A stretch of DNA of 63,477 nucleotides, the filler included, from Nemertoderma westbladi (taxonomy: Eukaryota; Animalia; Xenacoelomorpha), in the NCBI GenBank assembly GCA_032718475.1. It is 4 parts of 4 records of this genome, joined end to end, with 100 filler letters (N's around TTAATTAATTAA, not from the genome) between each part and the next. Parts side by side here need not be neighbours in the genome. Positions count along the whole stretch, not along the records: positions 1 to 28,993 come from JAUCBJ010003008.1; 3 more parts are not named here. One strand, written 5' to 3'. Shown one piece after another: positions 1 to 12,735 of the stretch. A model generated the notes under the pieces. It was not told where the DNA came from and made no database searches. It saw only the letters and a list, made by a program, of their open reading frames with translations. The position numbers and the translations under genes were made by a program. Numbering within the stretch: position 1 is the stretch's first letter; every line of letters starts with the position of its first letter.

Positions 1-136
1 AAGAGAGGTAATCCTGGCCGATCTTATCGAGGGCGAAATCGTAGGCCTGGGCCATCTTCTCGTTGAAACTCGGTAGGGACGATTTGGTTAGGTTCACGTA
101 GTTGAGGTAACAACGCCACAATTCGATATTGAGTAC
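1..136 (-). CDS. CSTF3: CstF-77 (cleavage stimulation factor subunit 3), third visible coding exon; runs off the window start
   Basis: Minus strand after the acceptor ccccAG (137-138) translates [45 protein letters not shown]. This matches the CstF-77 HAT region [40 protein letters not shown] and joins the 14537-14593 exon in phase 0. Confidence 0.95.
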
Positions 137-642
137 CTGGGGGTTACAGAGTCGGTAACAGAGTTAACAGTTTTATATTGAGTAACTGGGGGTTACAGAG
201 TCTGTAACAGTTAACAGTTTTATATTGAGTACCTGGGGGTTACAAAGTCCAGTACAGGTAACAGTTTGATATGGAGTACCTGTGGGTTACAAAGTCCAGC
301 ACAGGTAACAGTTTGATATTGAGTACCTGGGGGTTACAGAGACGGTTAACAGTTTGATATAGAGTAACTGGGGGTTACAGAGTCCAGTACAGGTAACAGT
401 TTGATATTGAGTAACTGGGGGTTACAAAGTCCAGTACAGGTAACAGTTTGATATTGACTACCTGGGGGTTACAAAGTCCAGTACAGGTAACAGTTTGATA
501 TTGAGTACCTGGGGGTTACATAGTCCAGTACAGGTAACAGTTTGATATTGAGTACCTGGGGGTTACATAGTCCAGTACAGGTAACAGTTTGATATTGAGT
601 ACCTGTGGGTTACATAGTCCAACAGGTAACAGTTTGATATTG
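126..642 (-). repeat. ~47-bp minisatellite (~11 copies) made of the CSTF3 exon-3 splice acceptor plus the first ~12 nt of the exon
   Basis: Unit on minus strand GTACTCAATATCAAACTGTTACCTGTACTGGACTCTGTAACCCCCAG. The last copy supplies the real AG and continues into GTACTCAATATCGAA (V-L-N-I-E). Confidence 0.92.
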
Positions 643-675
643 AAATTAAATATTTATTATTGACAAAAAATCTAC

Positions 676-3600
676 AGATAAAGGTTAACAGAGTTCAATT
701 GACCTGGTAGAATAACGGTCAACCGGGTAGATTAAAGGTCAACAGAGTTCAATTGACCTTGTAGACAAAGGTCAACATAGTTCAATTGACCTGGTAGATA
801 AATATCAACAGAGTTCAACTGACCTGGTAGATAAAGGTCAACAGAGTTCAATTGACCTGGTAGAATAAAGGTCAATCTGGGAGATAAAGGTAAACAGAGT
901 TCAATTGACCTTGTAGATAAAGGTCAACAGAGTTCAATTGACGTGGTAGATAAAGGTCAACAGTGTTCAATTGACCTGGTAGGTAAAGGTCAACCTGGTG
1001 GATAAAGGTCAACAGAGTTCAATTGACCTGTTAGGTAAAGGCAACCTTGTCGATAAAGGTCAACAGAGTTCAATTGACCTTGAAGACAAAGGTTAACCTG
1101 GTAGATAAAGGTCAAAAGAGTTCAACTGACCTGGTATATAAAGGTCAACAGAGTCCAATTGACCTTGTAGATAAAGGTCAACCTTGTAGATAAAGGTCAA
1201 CAGAGTTCAATTAACCTTGTAGATAAAGGTAAACAGAGTTGAATTGATCTGGTAGAATAAAGGTCAACCTTGTAGATAAAGGTCAACAGAGTTCAATTGA
1301 CCTTGAAGACAAAAGTTAACCTGGTAGATAAAGGTCAAAAGAGTTCAACTGACCTGGTATATAAAGGTCAACAGAGTCCAATTGACCTTGTAGATAAAGG
1401 TCAACCTTGTAGATAAAGGTCAACAGAGTTCAATTAACCTTGTAGATAAAGGTAAACAGAGTTGAATTGATCTGGTAGAATAAAGGTCAACCTGGTAGAT
1501 AAATGTCAACAGAGTTCAATTAACCTTGTAGATAAAGGTCAACAGAGTTCAATTGACCTGGTAGATAAAGGTCAACCTGGAAGATAAAGGTCAACCTTGT
1601 AGATAAAGGTCAACAGAGTCCAATTGACCTGGTAGATAAAGGTCAACAGAGTTCAATTGACCTGGTAGATAAAGGTGAACAGAGTTCAATTGACCTGGTA
1701 GATAAAGGTCAACAGAGTTCAATTGACCTGGTAGATAAAGGTCAACAGAGTTCAATTGACCTGGTAGATAAAGGTCAACAGAGTTCAATTGACCTGGTAG
1801 ATAAAGGTCAACAGAGTTCAATTAACCTTGTAGATAAAGGTCAACAGAGTTCAATTGACCTGGTAGATAAAGGTCAACCTGGAAGATAAAGGTCAACCTT
1901 GTAGATAAAGGTCAACAGAGTCCAATTGACCTGGTAGATAAAGGTCAACAGAGTTCAATTGACCTTGTAGATAAAGGTCAACAGAGTTCAATTGACCTGG
2001 TAGATAAAGGTAAACATAATTCAATTGACCTTGTAGATAAAGGTCAACAGAGTTCAATTGACCTGGTAGATAAAGGTCAACAGAGTTCAATTGACCTGGT
2101 AGATAAAGGTCAACAGAGTTCAATTGACCTTGTAGATAAAGGTCAACAGAGTTCAATTGACCTTGTAGATAAAGGTCAACAGAGTTCAATTGACCTGGTA
2201 GATAAAGGTCAACAGAGTTCAATTGACCTGGTAGATAAAGGTCAACAGAGTTCAATTTACCTTGTAGATAAAGGTCAACAGAGTTCAATTGACCTTGTAG
2301 ATAAAGGTCAACAGAGTTCAATTGACCTTGTAGATAAAGGTCAACAGAGTTCAATTGACCTGGTAGATAAAGGTCAACAGAGTTCAATTGACCTGGTAGA
2401 TAAAGGTCAACAGAGTTCAATTGACCTTGTAGATAAAGGTCAACAGAGTTCAATTGACCTGGTAGATAAAGGTCAACCGGGTAGATAAAGGTCAACCTTG
2501 TAGATAAAGGTCAACAGAGTTCAATTGACCTGGTAGATAAAGGTCAACAGAGTTCAATTGACCTGGTAGATAAAGGTCAACAGAGTTCAATTGACCTTGT
2601 AGATTAAGGTCAACAGAGTTCAATTGACCTTGTAGATAAAGGTCAACAGAGTTCAATTGACCTGGTAGATAAAGGTCAACAGAGTTCAATTGACCTGGTA
2701 GATAAAGGTCAACAGAGTTCAATTTACCTTGTAGATTAAGGTCAACAGAGTTCAATTGACCTTGTAGATAAAGGTCAACAGAGTTCAATTGACCTTGTAG
2801 ATAAAGGTCAACAGAGTTCAATTGACCTGGTAGATAAAGGTCAACAGAGTTCAATTGACCTGGTAGATAAAGGTCAACAGAGTTCAATTGACCTTGTAGA
2901 TAAAGGTCAACAGAGTTCAATTGACCTGGTAGATAAAGGTCAACAGAGTTCAATTGACCTGGTAGATAAAGGTAAACAGAGTTCAATTGACCTTGTAGAT
3001 AAAGGTCAACAGAGTTCAATTGACCTGGTAGATAAAGGTAAACAGAGTTCAATTGACCTTGTAGATAAAGGTCAACAGAGTTCAATTGACCTGGTAGATA
3101 AAGGTAAACAGAATTCAATTGACCTTGTAGATAAAGGTCAACAGAGTTCAATTGACCTGGTAGATAAAGGTCAACAGAGTTCAATTGACCTTGTAGATAA
3201 AGGTCAACAGAGTTCAATTGACCTGGTAGATAAAGGTCAACAGAGTTCAATTGACCTGGTAGATAAAGGTCAACAGAGTTCAATTGACCTGGTAGATAAA
3301 GGTCAACAGAGTTCAATTGACCTTGTAGATAAAGGTCAACAGAGTTCAATTGACCTGGTAGATAAAGGTAAACAGAATTCAATTGACCTTGTAGATAAAG
3401 GTCGACAGAGTTCAATTGACCTGGTAGATAAAGGTCAACAGAGTTCAATTGACCTGGTAGATAAAGGTCAACAGAGTTCAATTGACCTGGTAGATAAAGG
3501 TAAACAGAATTCAATTGACCTTGTAGATAAAGGTCAACAGAGTTCAATTGACCTGGTAGATAAAGGTCAACAGAGTTCAATTGACCTGGTAGATAAAGGT

Positions 3601-6600
3601 CAACAGAGTTCAATTGACCTTGTAGATAAAGGTCAACAGAGTTCAATTGACCTGGTAGATAAAGGTAAACAGAGTTCAATTGACCTGGTAGATAAAGGTC
3701 AACAGAGTTCAATTGACCTTGTAGATAAAGGTCAACAGAGTTCAATTGACCTGGTAGATAAAGGTAAACAGAATTCAATTGACCTTGTAGATAAAGGTCA
3801 ACAGAGTTCAATTGACCTGGTAGATAAAGGTCAACAGAGTTCAATTGACCTTGTAGATAAAGGTCAACAGAATTCGACTGACCTTGTAGATAAAGGTCAA
3901 CCTTGTAGATAAAGGTCAACAGAGTTCAATTGACCTGGTAGATAAAGGTCAACAGAGTTCAATTGACCTTGTAGATAAAGGTCAACAGAGTTCAATTGAC
4001 CTTGTAGATAAAGGTCAACAGAGTTCAATTGACCTTGTAGATAAAGGTCAACAGAGTTCAATTGACCTGGTAGATAAAGGTAAACAGAATTCAATTGACC
4101 TTGTAGATAAAGGTCAACAGAGTTCAATTGACCTGGTAGATAAAGGTCAACAGAGTTCAATTGACCTGGTAGATAAAGGTCAACAGAGTTCAATTGACCT
4201 TGTAGATAAAGGTCAACAGAGTTCAATTGACCTGGTAGATAAAGGTAAACAGAATTCAATTGACCTGGTAGATAAAGGTCGACAGAGTTCAATTGACCTG
4301 GTAGATAAAGGTCAACAGAGTTCAATTGACCTGGTAGATAAAGGTCAACAGAGTTCAATTTACCTTGTAGATTAAGGTCAACAGAGTTCAATTGACCTTG
4401 TAGATAAAGGTCAACAGAGTTCAATTGACCTGGTAGATAAAGGTCAACAGAGTTCAATTGACCTTGTAGATAAAGGTCAACAGAGTTCAATTTACCTTGT
4501 AGATTAAGGTCAACAGAGTTCAATTGACCTTGTAGATAAAGGTAAACAGAATTCAATTGACCTTGTAGATAAAGGTCGACAGAGTTCAATTGACCTGGTA
4601 GATAAAGGTCAACAGAGTTCAATTGACCTTGTAGATAAAGGTCAACAGAATTCGACTGACCTTGTAGATAAAGGTCAACCTTGTAGATAAAGGTCAACAG
4701 AGTTCAATTGACCTGGTAGATAAAGGTCAACAGAGTTCAATTGACCTTGTAGATAAAGGTCAACAGAGTTCAATTGACCTTGTAGATAAAGGTCAACAGA
4801 GTTCAATTGACCTTGTAGATAAAGGTCAACAGAGTTCAATTGACCTGGTAGATAAAGGTAAACAGAATTCAATTGACCTTGTAGATAAAGGTCAACAGAG
4901 TTCAATTGACCTGGTAGATAAAGGTCAACAGAGTTCAATTGACCTGGTAGATAAAGGTCAACAGAGTTCAATTGACCTTGTAGATAAAGGTCAACAGAGT
5001 TCAATTGACCTGGTAGATAAAGGTAAACAGAATTCAATTGACCTGGTAGATAAAGGTCGACAGAGTTCAATTGACCTGGTAGATAAAGGTCAACAGAGTT
5101 CAATTGACCTGGTAGATAAAGGTCAACAGAGTTCAATTTACCTTGTAGATTAAGGTCAACAGAGTTCAATTGACCTTGTAGATAAAGGTCAACAGAGTTC
5201 AATTGACCTGGTAGATAAAGGTCAACAGAGTTCAATTGACCTTGTAGATAAAGGTCAACAGAGTTCAATTGACCTGGTAGATAAAGGTCAACAGAGTTCA
5301 ATTGACCTGGTAGATAAAGGTCAACAGAGTTCAATTGACCTGGTAGATAAAGGTCAACAGAGTTCAATTGACCTGGTAGATAAAGGTCAACAGAGTTCAA
5401 TTGTCCTTGTAGATAAAGGTCAACAGAGTTCAATTGACCTGGTAGATAAAGGTAAACAGAATTCAATTGACCTTGTAGATAAAGGTCGACAGAGTTCAAT
5501 TGACCTGGTAGATAAAGGTCAACAGAGTTCAATTGACCTGGTAGATAAAGGTCAACAGAGTTCAATTGACCTGGTAGATAAAGGTCAACAGAGTTCAATT
5601 GACCTTGTAGATAAAGGTCAACAGAGTTCAATTGACCTGGTAGATAAAGGTCAACAGAGTTCAATTGACCTTGTAGATAAAGGTCAACAGAGTTCAATTG
5701 ACCTGGTAGATAAAGGTCAACCGGGTAGATAAAGGTCAACCTTGTAGATAAAGGTCAACAGAGTCCAATTGACCTGGTAGATAAAGGTCAACAGAGTTCA
5801 ATTGACCTTGTAGATAAAGGTCAACAGAGTTCAATTGACCTGGTATATAAAGGTCAACAGAGTTCAATTGACCTTGTAGATAAAGGTCAACAGAGTTCAA
5901 TTGACCTGGTAGATAAAGGTCAACCGGGTAGATAAAGGTCAACCTTGTAGATAAAGGTCAACAGAGTTCAATTGACCTGGTAGATAAAGGTCAACAGAGT
6001 TCAATTGACCTGGTAGATAAAGGTCAACAGAGTTCAATTGACCTGGTAGATAAAGGTCAACAGAGTTCAATTGACCTTGTAGATAAAGGTCAACAGAGTT
6101 CAATTGACCTGGTAGATAAAGGTCAACAGAGTTCAATTGACCTGGTAGATAAAGGTCAACAGAGTTCAATTGACCTTGTAGATAAAGGTCAACAGAGTTC
6201 AATTGACCTGGTAGATAAAGGTCAACCGGGTAGATAAAGGTCAACCTTGTAGATAAAGGTCAACAGAGTCCAATTGATCTGGTAGATAAAGGTCAACAGA
6301 GTTCAATTGACCTTGTAGATAAAGGTCAACAGAGTTCAATTGACCTGGTAGATAAAGGTCAACCGGGTAGATAAAGGTCAACCTTGTAGATAAATGTCAA
6401 CAGAGTCCAATTGACCTGGTAGATAAAGGTCAACAGAGTTAAATTGACCTTGTAGATAAAGGTCTCAGAGTTCAATTGACCTGGTATATAAAGGTCAACA
6501 GAGTTCAATTGACCTGGTAGATAAAGGTCAACAGAGTTCAATTGACCTGGTAGATAAAGGTCAACAGAGTTCAATTGACCTTGTAGATAAAGGTCAACAG

Positions 6601-9600
6601 AGTTCAATTGACCTGGTAGATAAAGGTAAACAGAATTCAATTGACCTTGTAGATAAAGGTCGACAGAGTTCAATTGACCTGGTAGATAAAGGTCAACAGA
6701 GTTCAATTGACCTGGTAGATAAAGGTCAACAGAGTTCAATTGACCTTGTAGATAAAGGTCAACAGAGTTCAATTGACCTTGTAGATAAAGGTCAACAGAG
6801 TTCAATTGACCTGGTAGATAAAGGTCAACAGAGTTCAATTGACCTGGTAGATAAAGGTCAACAGAGTTCAATTGACCTTGTAGATAAAGGTCAACAGAGT
6901 TCAATTGACCTTGTAGATAAAGGTCAACAGAGTTCAATTGACCTGGTAGATAAAGGTCAACAGAGTTCAATTGACCTGGTAGATAAATGTCAACAGAGTT
7001 CAATTGACCTGGTAGATAAAGGTCAACCTTGTAGATAAAGGTCAACAGAGTTCAATTGACCTTGTAGATAAAGGTCAACAGAGTTCAATTGACCTGGTAG
7101 ATAAAGGTCAACAGAGTTCAATTGACCTGGTAGATAAATGTCAACAGAGTTCAATTGACCTGGTAGATAAAGGTCAACCTTGTAGATAAAGGTCGACAGA
7201 GTTCAATTGACCTGGTAGATAAAGGTCAACAGAGTTCAATTGACCTGGTAGATAAAGGTCAACAGAGTTCAATTGACCTTGTAGATAAAGGTCAACAGAG
7301 TTCAATTGACCTTGTAGATAAAGGTCAACAGAGTTCAATTGACCTGGTAGATAAAGGTCAACAGAGTTCAATTGACCTGGTAGATAAAGGTCAACAGAGT
7401 TCAATTGACCTTGTAGATAAAGGTCAACAGAGTTCAATTGACCTTGTAGATAAAGGTCAACAGAGTTCAATTGACCTGGTAGATAAAGGTCAGCAGAGTT
7501 CAATTGACCTGGTAGATAAAGGTCAACAGAGTTCAATTGACCTTGTAGATAAAGGTCAACAGAGTTCAATTGACCTTGTAGATAAAGGTCAACAGTGTTC
7601 AATTGACCTGGTAGATAAAGGTCAACCTTGTAGATAAAGGTCAACAGAGTTCAATTGACCTTGTAGATAAAGGTCAACAGTGTTCAATTGACCTGGTAGA
7701 TAAAGGTCAACCTTGTAGATAAAGGTCAACAGAGTTCAATTGACCTTGTAGATAAAGGTCAACAGTGTTCAATTGACCTGGTAGATAAAGGTCAACCTTG
7801 TAGATAAAGGTCAACAGAGTTCAATTGACCTTGTAGATAAAGGTCAACAGAGTTCAATTGACCTGGTAGATAAAGGTCAACCTTGTAGATAAAGGTCAAC
7901 AGAGTTCAATTGACCTTGTAGATAAAGGTCAGCAGAGTTCAATTGACCTGGTAGATAAAGGTCAACAGAGTTCAATTGACCTTGTAGATAAAGGTCAGCA
8001 GAGTTCAATTGACCTGGTAGATAAAGGTCAACAGAGTTCAATTGACCTTGTAGATAAAGGTCAACAGAGTTCAATTGACCTTGTAGATAAAGGTCAACAG
8101 TGTTCAATTGACCTGGTAGATAAAGGTCAACCTTGTAGATAAAGGTCAACAGAGTTCAATTGACCTTGTAGATAAAGGTCAACAGAGTTCAATTGACCTG
8201 GTAGATAAAGGTCAACAGAGTTCAATTGACCTGGTAGATAAATGTCAACAGAGTTCAATTGACCTGGTAGATAAAGGTCAACCTTGTAGATAAAGGTCAA
8301 CAGAGTTCAATTGACCTTGTAGATAAAGGTCAACAGTGTTCAATTGACCTGGTAGATAAAGGTCAACCTTGTAGATAAAGGTCAACAGAGTTCAATTGAC
8401 CTGGTAGATAAATGTCAACAGAGTTCAATTGACCTGGTAGATAAAGGTCAACCTTGTAGATAAAGGTCAACAGAGTTCAATTGACCTTGTAGATAAAGGT
8501 CAACAGTGTTCAATTGACCTGGTAGATAAAGGTCAACCTTGTAGATAAAGGTCAACAGAGTTCAATTGACCTTGTAGATAAAGGTCAACAGAGTTCAATT
8601 GACCTGGTAGATAAAGGTCAACAGAGTTCAATTGACCTGGTAGATAAAGGTCAACCTTGTAGATAAAGGTCAACAGAGTTCAATTGACCTTGTAGATAAA
8701 GGTCAGCAGAGTTCAATTGACCTGGTAGATAAAGGTCAACAGAGTTCAATTGACCTTGTAGATAAAGGTCAACAGTGTTCAATTGACCTGGTAGATAAAG
8801 GTCAACAGAATTCAATTGACCTGGTAGATAAAGGTCAACCTTGTAGATAAAGGTCGACAGAGTTCAATTGACCTTGTAGATAAAGGTCAACAGTGTTCAA
8901 TTGACCTGGTAGATAAAGGCCAACAGAATTCAATTGACCTGGTAGATAAAGGTCAACCTTGTGGATAAAGGTCAACAGAGTTCAATTGACCTTGTAGATA
9001 AAGGTCAGCAGAGTTCAATTGACCTGGTAGATAAAGGCCAACAGAGTTCAATTGACCTGGTAGATAAAGGTAAACAGAATTCAATTGACCTTGTAGATAA
9101 AGGTCAACAGAGTCCAATTGACCTGGTAGATAAAGGTCAACAGAGTTCAATTGACCTTGTAGATAAAGGTCAACAGAGTTCAATTGACCTGGTAGATAAA
9201 GGTCAACAGAGTTAAATTGACCTTGTAGATAAAGGTCAACAGAGTTCAATTGACCTGGTATATAAAGGTCAACAGAGTTCAATTGACCTGGTAGATAAAG
9301 GTCAACAGAGTTCAATTGACCTGGTAGATAAAGGTCAACAGAGTTCAATTGACCTTGTAGATAAAGGTCAACAGAGTTCAATTGACCTGGTAGATAAAGG
9401 TAAACAGAATTCAATTGACCTTGTAGATAAAGGTCGACAGAGTTCAATTGACCTGGTAGATAAAGGTCAACAGAGTTCAATTGACCTGGTAGATAAAGGT
9501 CAACAGAGTTCAATTGACCTTGTAGATAAAGGTCAACAGAGTTCAATTGACCTGGTAGATAAAGGTCAACAGAGTTCAATTGACCTGGTAGATAAATGTC

Positions 9601-12600
9601 AACAGAGTTCAATTGACCTGGTAGATAAAGGTCAACCTTGTAGATAAAGGTCAACAGAGTTCAATTGACCTTGTAGATAAAGGTCAGCAGAGTTCAATTG
9701 ACCTGGTAGATAAAGGTCAACAGAGTTCAATTGACCTTGTAGATAAAGGTAAACAGAGTTCAATTGACCTGGTAGATAAAGGTCAACAGAGTTCAATTGA
9801 CCTGGTAGATAAAGGTCAACAGAGTTCAATTGACCTTGTAGATAAAGGTCAACAGAGTTCAATTGACCTGGTAGATAAAGGTCAACAGAGTTCAATTGAC
9901 CTGGTAGATAAATGTCAACAGAGTTCAATTGACCTGGTAGATAAAGGTCAACCTTGTAGATAAAGGTCAACAGAGTTCAATTGACCTTGTAGATAAAGGT
10001 CAGCAGAGTTCAATTGACCTGGTAGATAAAGGTCAACAGAGTTCAATTGACCTGGTAGATAAAGGTAAACAGAATTCAATTGACCTTGTAGATAAAGGTC
10101 GACAGAGTTCAATTGACCTGGTAGATAAAGGTCAACAGAGTTCAATTGACCTGGTAGATAAAGGTCAACAGAGTTCAATTGACCTTGTAGATAAAGGTCA
10201 ACAGAGTTCAATTGACCTGGTAGATAAAGGTCAACAGAGTTCAATTGACCTGGTAGATAAAGGTCAACAGAGTTCAATTGACCTTGTAGATAAAGGTCAA
10301 CAGAGTTCAATTGACCTTGTAGATAAAGGTCAACAGAGTTCAATTGACCTGGTAGATAAAGGTCAACAGAGTTCAATTGACCTGGTAGATAAATGTCAAC
10401 AGAGTTCAATTTACCTGGTAGATAAAGGTCAACCTTATAGATAAAGGTCAACAGAGTTCAATTGACCTTGTAGATAAAGGTCAGCAGAGTTCAATTGACC
10501 TGGTAGATAAAGGTCAACAGAGTTCAATTGACCTTGTAGATAAAGGTCAACAGAGTTCAATTGACCTTGTAGATAAAGGTCTACAGTGTTCAATTGACCT
10601 GGTAGATAAAGGTCAACCTTGTAGATAAAGGTCAACAGAGTTCAATTGACCTTGTAGATAAAGGTCAACAGAGTTCAATTGACCTGGTAGATAAAGGTCA
10701 ACAGAGTTCAATTGACCTGGTAGATAAAGGTCAACCTTGTAGATAAAGGTCAACAGAGTTCAATTGACCTTGTAGATAAAGGTCAGCAGAGTTCAATTGA
10801 CCTGGTAGATAAAGGTCAACAGAGTTCAATTGACCTTGTAGATAAAGGTCAACAGAGTTCAATTGACCTTGTAGATAAAGGTCAACAGTGTTCAATTGAC
10901 CTGGTAGATAAAGGTCAACCTTGTAGATAAAGGTCAACAGAGTTCAATTGACCTTGTAGATAAAGGTCAACAGAGTTCAATTGACCTGGTAGATAAAGGT
11001 CAACAGAGTTCAATTGACCTGGTAGATAAATGTCAACAGAGTTCAATTGACCTGGTAGATAAAGGTCAACCTTGTAGATAAAGGTCAACAGAGTTCAATT
11101 GACCTTGTAGATAAAGGTCAACAGTGTTCAATTGACCTGGTAGATAAAGGTCAACCTTGTAGATAAAGGTCAACAGAGTTCAATTGACCTGGTAGATAAA
11201 GGTCAACAGAGTTCAATGACCTGGTAGATAAAGGTCAACCTTGTAGATAAAGGTCAACAGAGTTCAATTGACCTGGTAGATAAAGGTCAACAGAGTTCAA
11301 TTGACCTGGTAGATAAAGGTCAACCTTGTAGATAAAGGTCAACAGAGTTCAATTGACCTGGCAGATAATGGTCAACAGAGTTCAATTGACCTGGTAGATA
11401 AAGGTCAACTCAACAGAGTTCAATTGACCTGGTAGATAAAGGTCAACAGAGTTCAACTGACCTGGTAGGTATAGGTCAACCTGGTAGATAAAGATCAACA
11501 TAGTTTAAATGACCTGGTAGATAAAGGTCAACAGAGTTCAATTGACCTGGTAGATAAAGGTCAACAGAATTCAATTGACCTGGTAGATAAAGGTCAACTC
11601 AACAGAGTTCGACTGACCTGGTAGATAAAGGTCAACAGAGTTCAATTGACCTTGTAGATGAAGGTCAACAGAGTTCAATTGACCTTGTAGATAAAGGTCA
11701 ACAGAGTTCAATTGACCTGGTAGATAAAGGTCAACCTTGTAGATAAAGGTCAGTAGAGTTCGACTGACCTGGTAGATAAAGGTCAACAGAGTTCAATTGA
11801 CCTTGTAGATGAAGGTCAACAGAGTTCAATTGACCTTGTAGATAAAGGTCAACAGAGTTCAATTGACCTGGTAGATAAAGGTCAACAGAGTTTAATTGAC
11901 CTTGTAGATAAAGGTCAACAGAGTTCAACTGACCTGGTAGGTAAAGGTCAACCTGGTAGATAAAGATCAACATAGTTCAAATGACCTGGTAGATAAAGGT
12001 CAACAGAGTTCAATTGACCTGGTAGATAAAGGTCAACTCAACAGAGTTCAATTGACCTGGTAGATAAAGGTCAACAGAGTTCAACTGACCTGGTAGGTAT
12101 AGGTCAACCTGGTAGATAAAGATCAACATAGTTCAAATGACCTGGTAGATAAAGGTCAACAGAGTTCAATTGACCTGGTAGATAAAGGTCAACAGAATTC
12201 AATTGACCTGGTAGATAAAGGTCAACTCAACAGAGTTCGACTGACCTGGTAGATAAAGGTCAACCTTGTAGATAAAGGTCAGCAGAGTTCGACTGACCTG
12301 GTAGATAAAGGTCAACAGAGTTCAATTGACCTGGTAGATAAAGGTCAACAGAGTTCAATTGACCTGGTAGATAAAGGTCAACAGAGTTCGACTGACCTGG
12401 TAGATAAAGGTCAACAGAGTTCAATTGACCTGGTAGATAAAGGTCAACCGGGTAGATAAAGGTCAACAGAGTTCAACTGACCTGGTAGATAAAGGTCAAC
12501 CTTGTAGATAAAGGTCAACAGAGTTCAACTGACCTGGTAGATAAAGGTCAACCTTGTAGATAAAGGTCAACAGAGTTCAATTGACCTGGTAGATAAAGGT

Positions 12601-12735
12601 CATCAGAGTTCAATTGACCTGGTAGATAAAGGTCAACAGAGTTCAATTGACCTGGTAGATAAAGGTCAACAGAGTTCAACTGACCTGGTAGGTAAAGGTC
12701 GACGTGGTAGATAGAGTTCAACAGAGTTCAATTGA
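676..12735. repeat. 33-bp satellite (~12 kb, roughly 360-380 units, with 19-bp deletion variants and higher-order blocks) inside CSTF3 intron 2
   Basis: Plus-strand unit GTAGATAAAGGTCAACAGAGTTCAATTGACCT(G/T). Minus-strand unit GTCAATTGAACTCTGTTGACCTTTATCTAC(C/A)AG. Confidence 0.98.

Noticed and set aside
1591-12466. Long (VDLYLPGQLNS)n ORFs resembling a repeat or LRR-like protein
   Set aside because: By-product of a 33-bp (multiple of 3) satellite. Starts are non-ATG, frames break at 19-bp units, and the region lies between two correctly phased CSTF3 exons.
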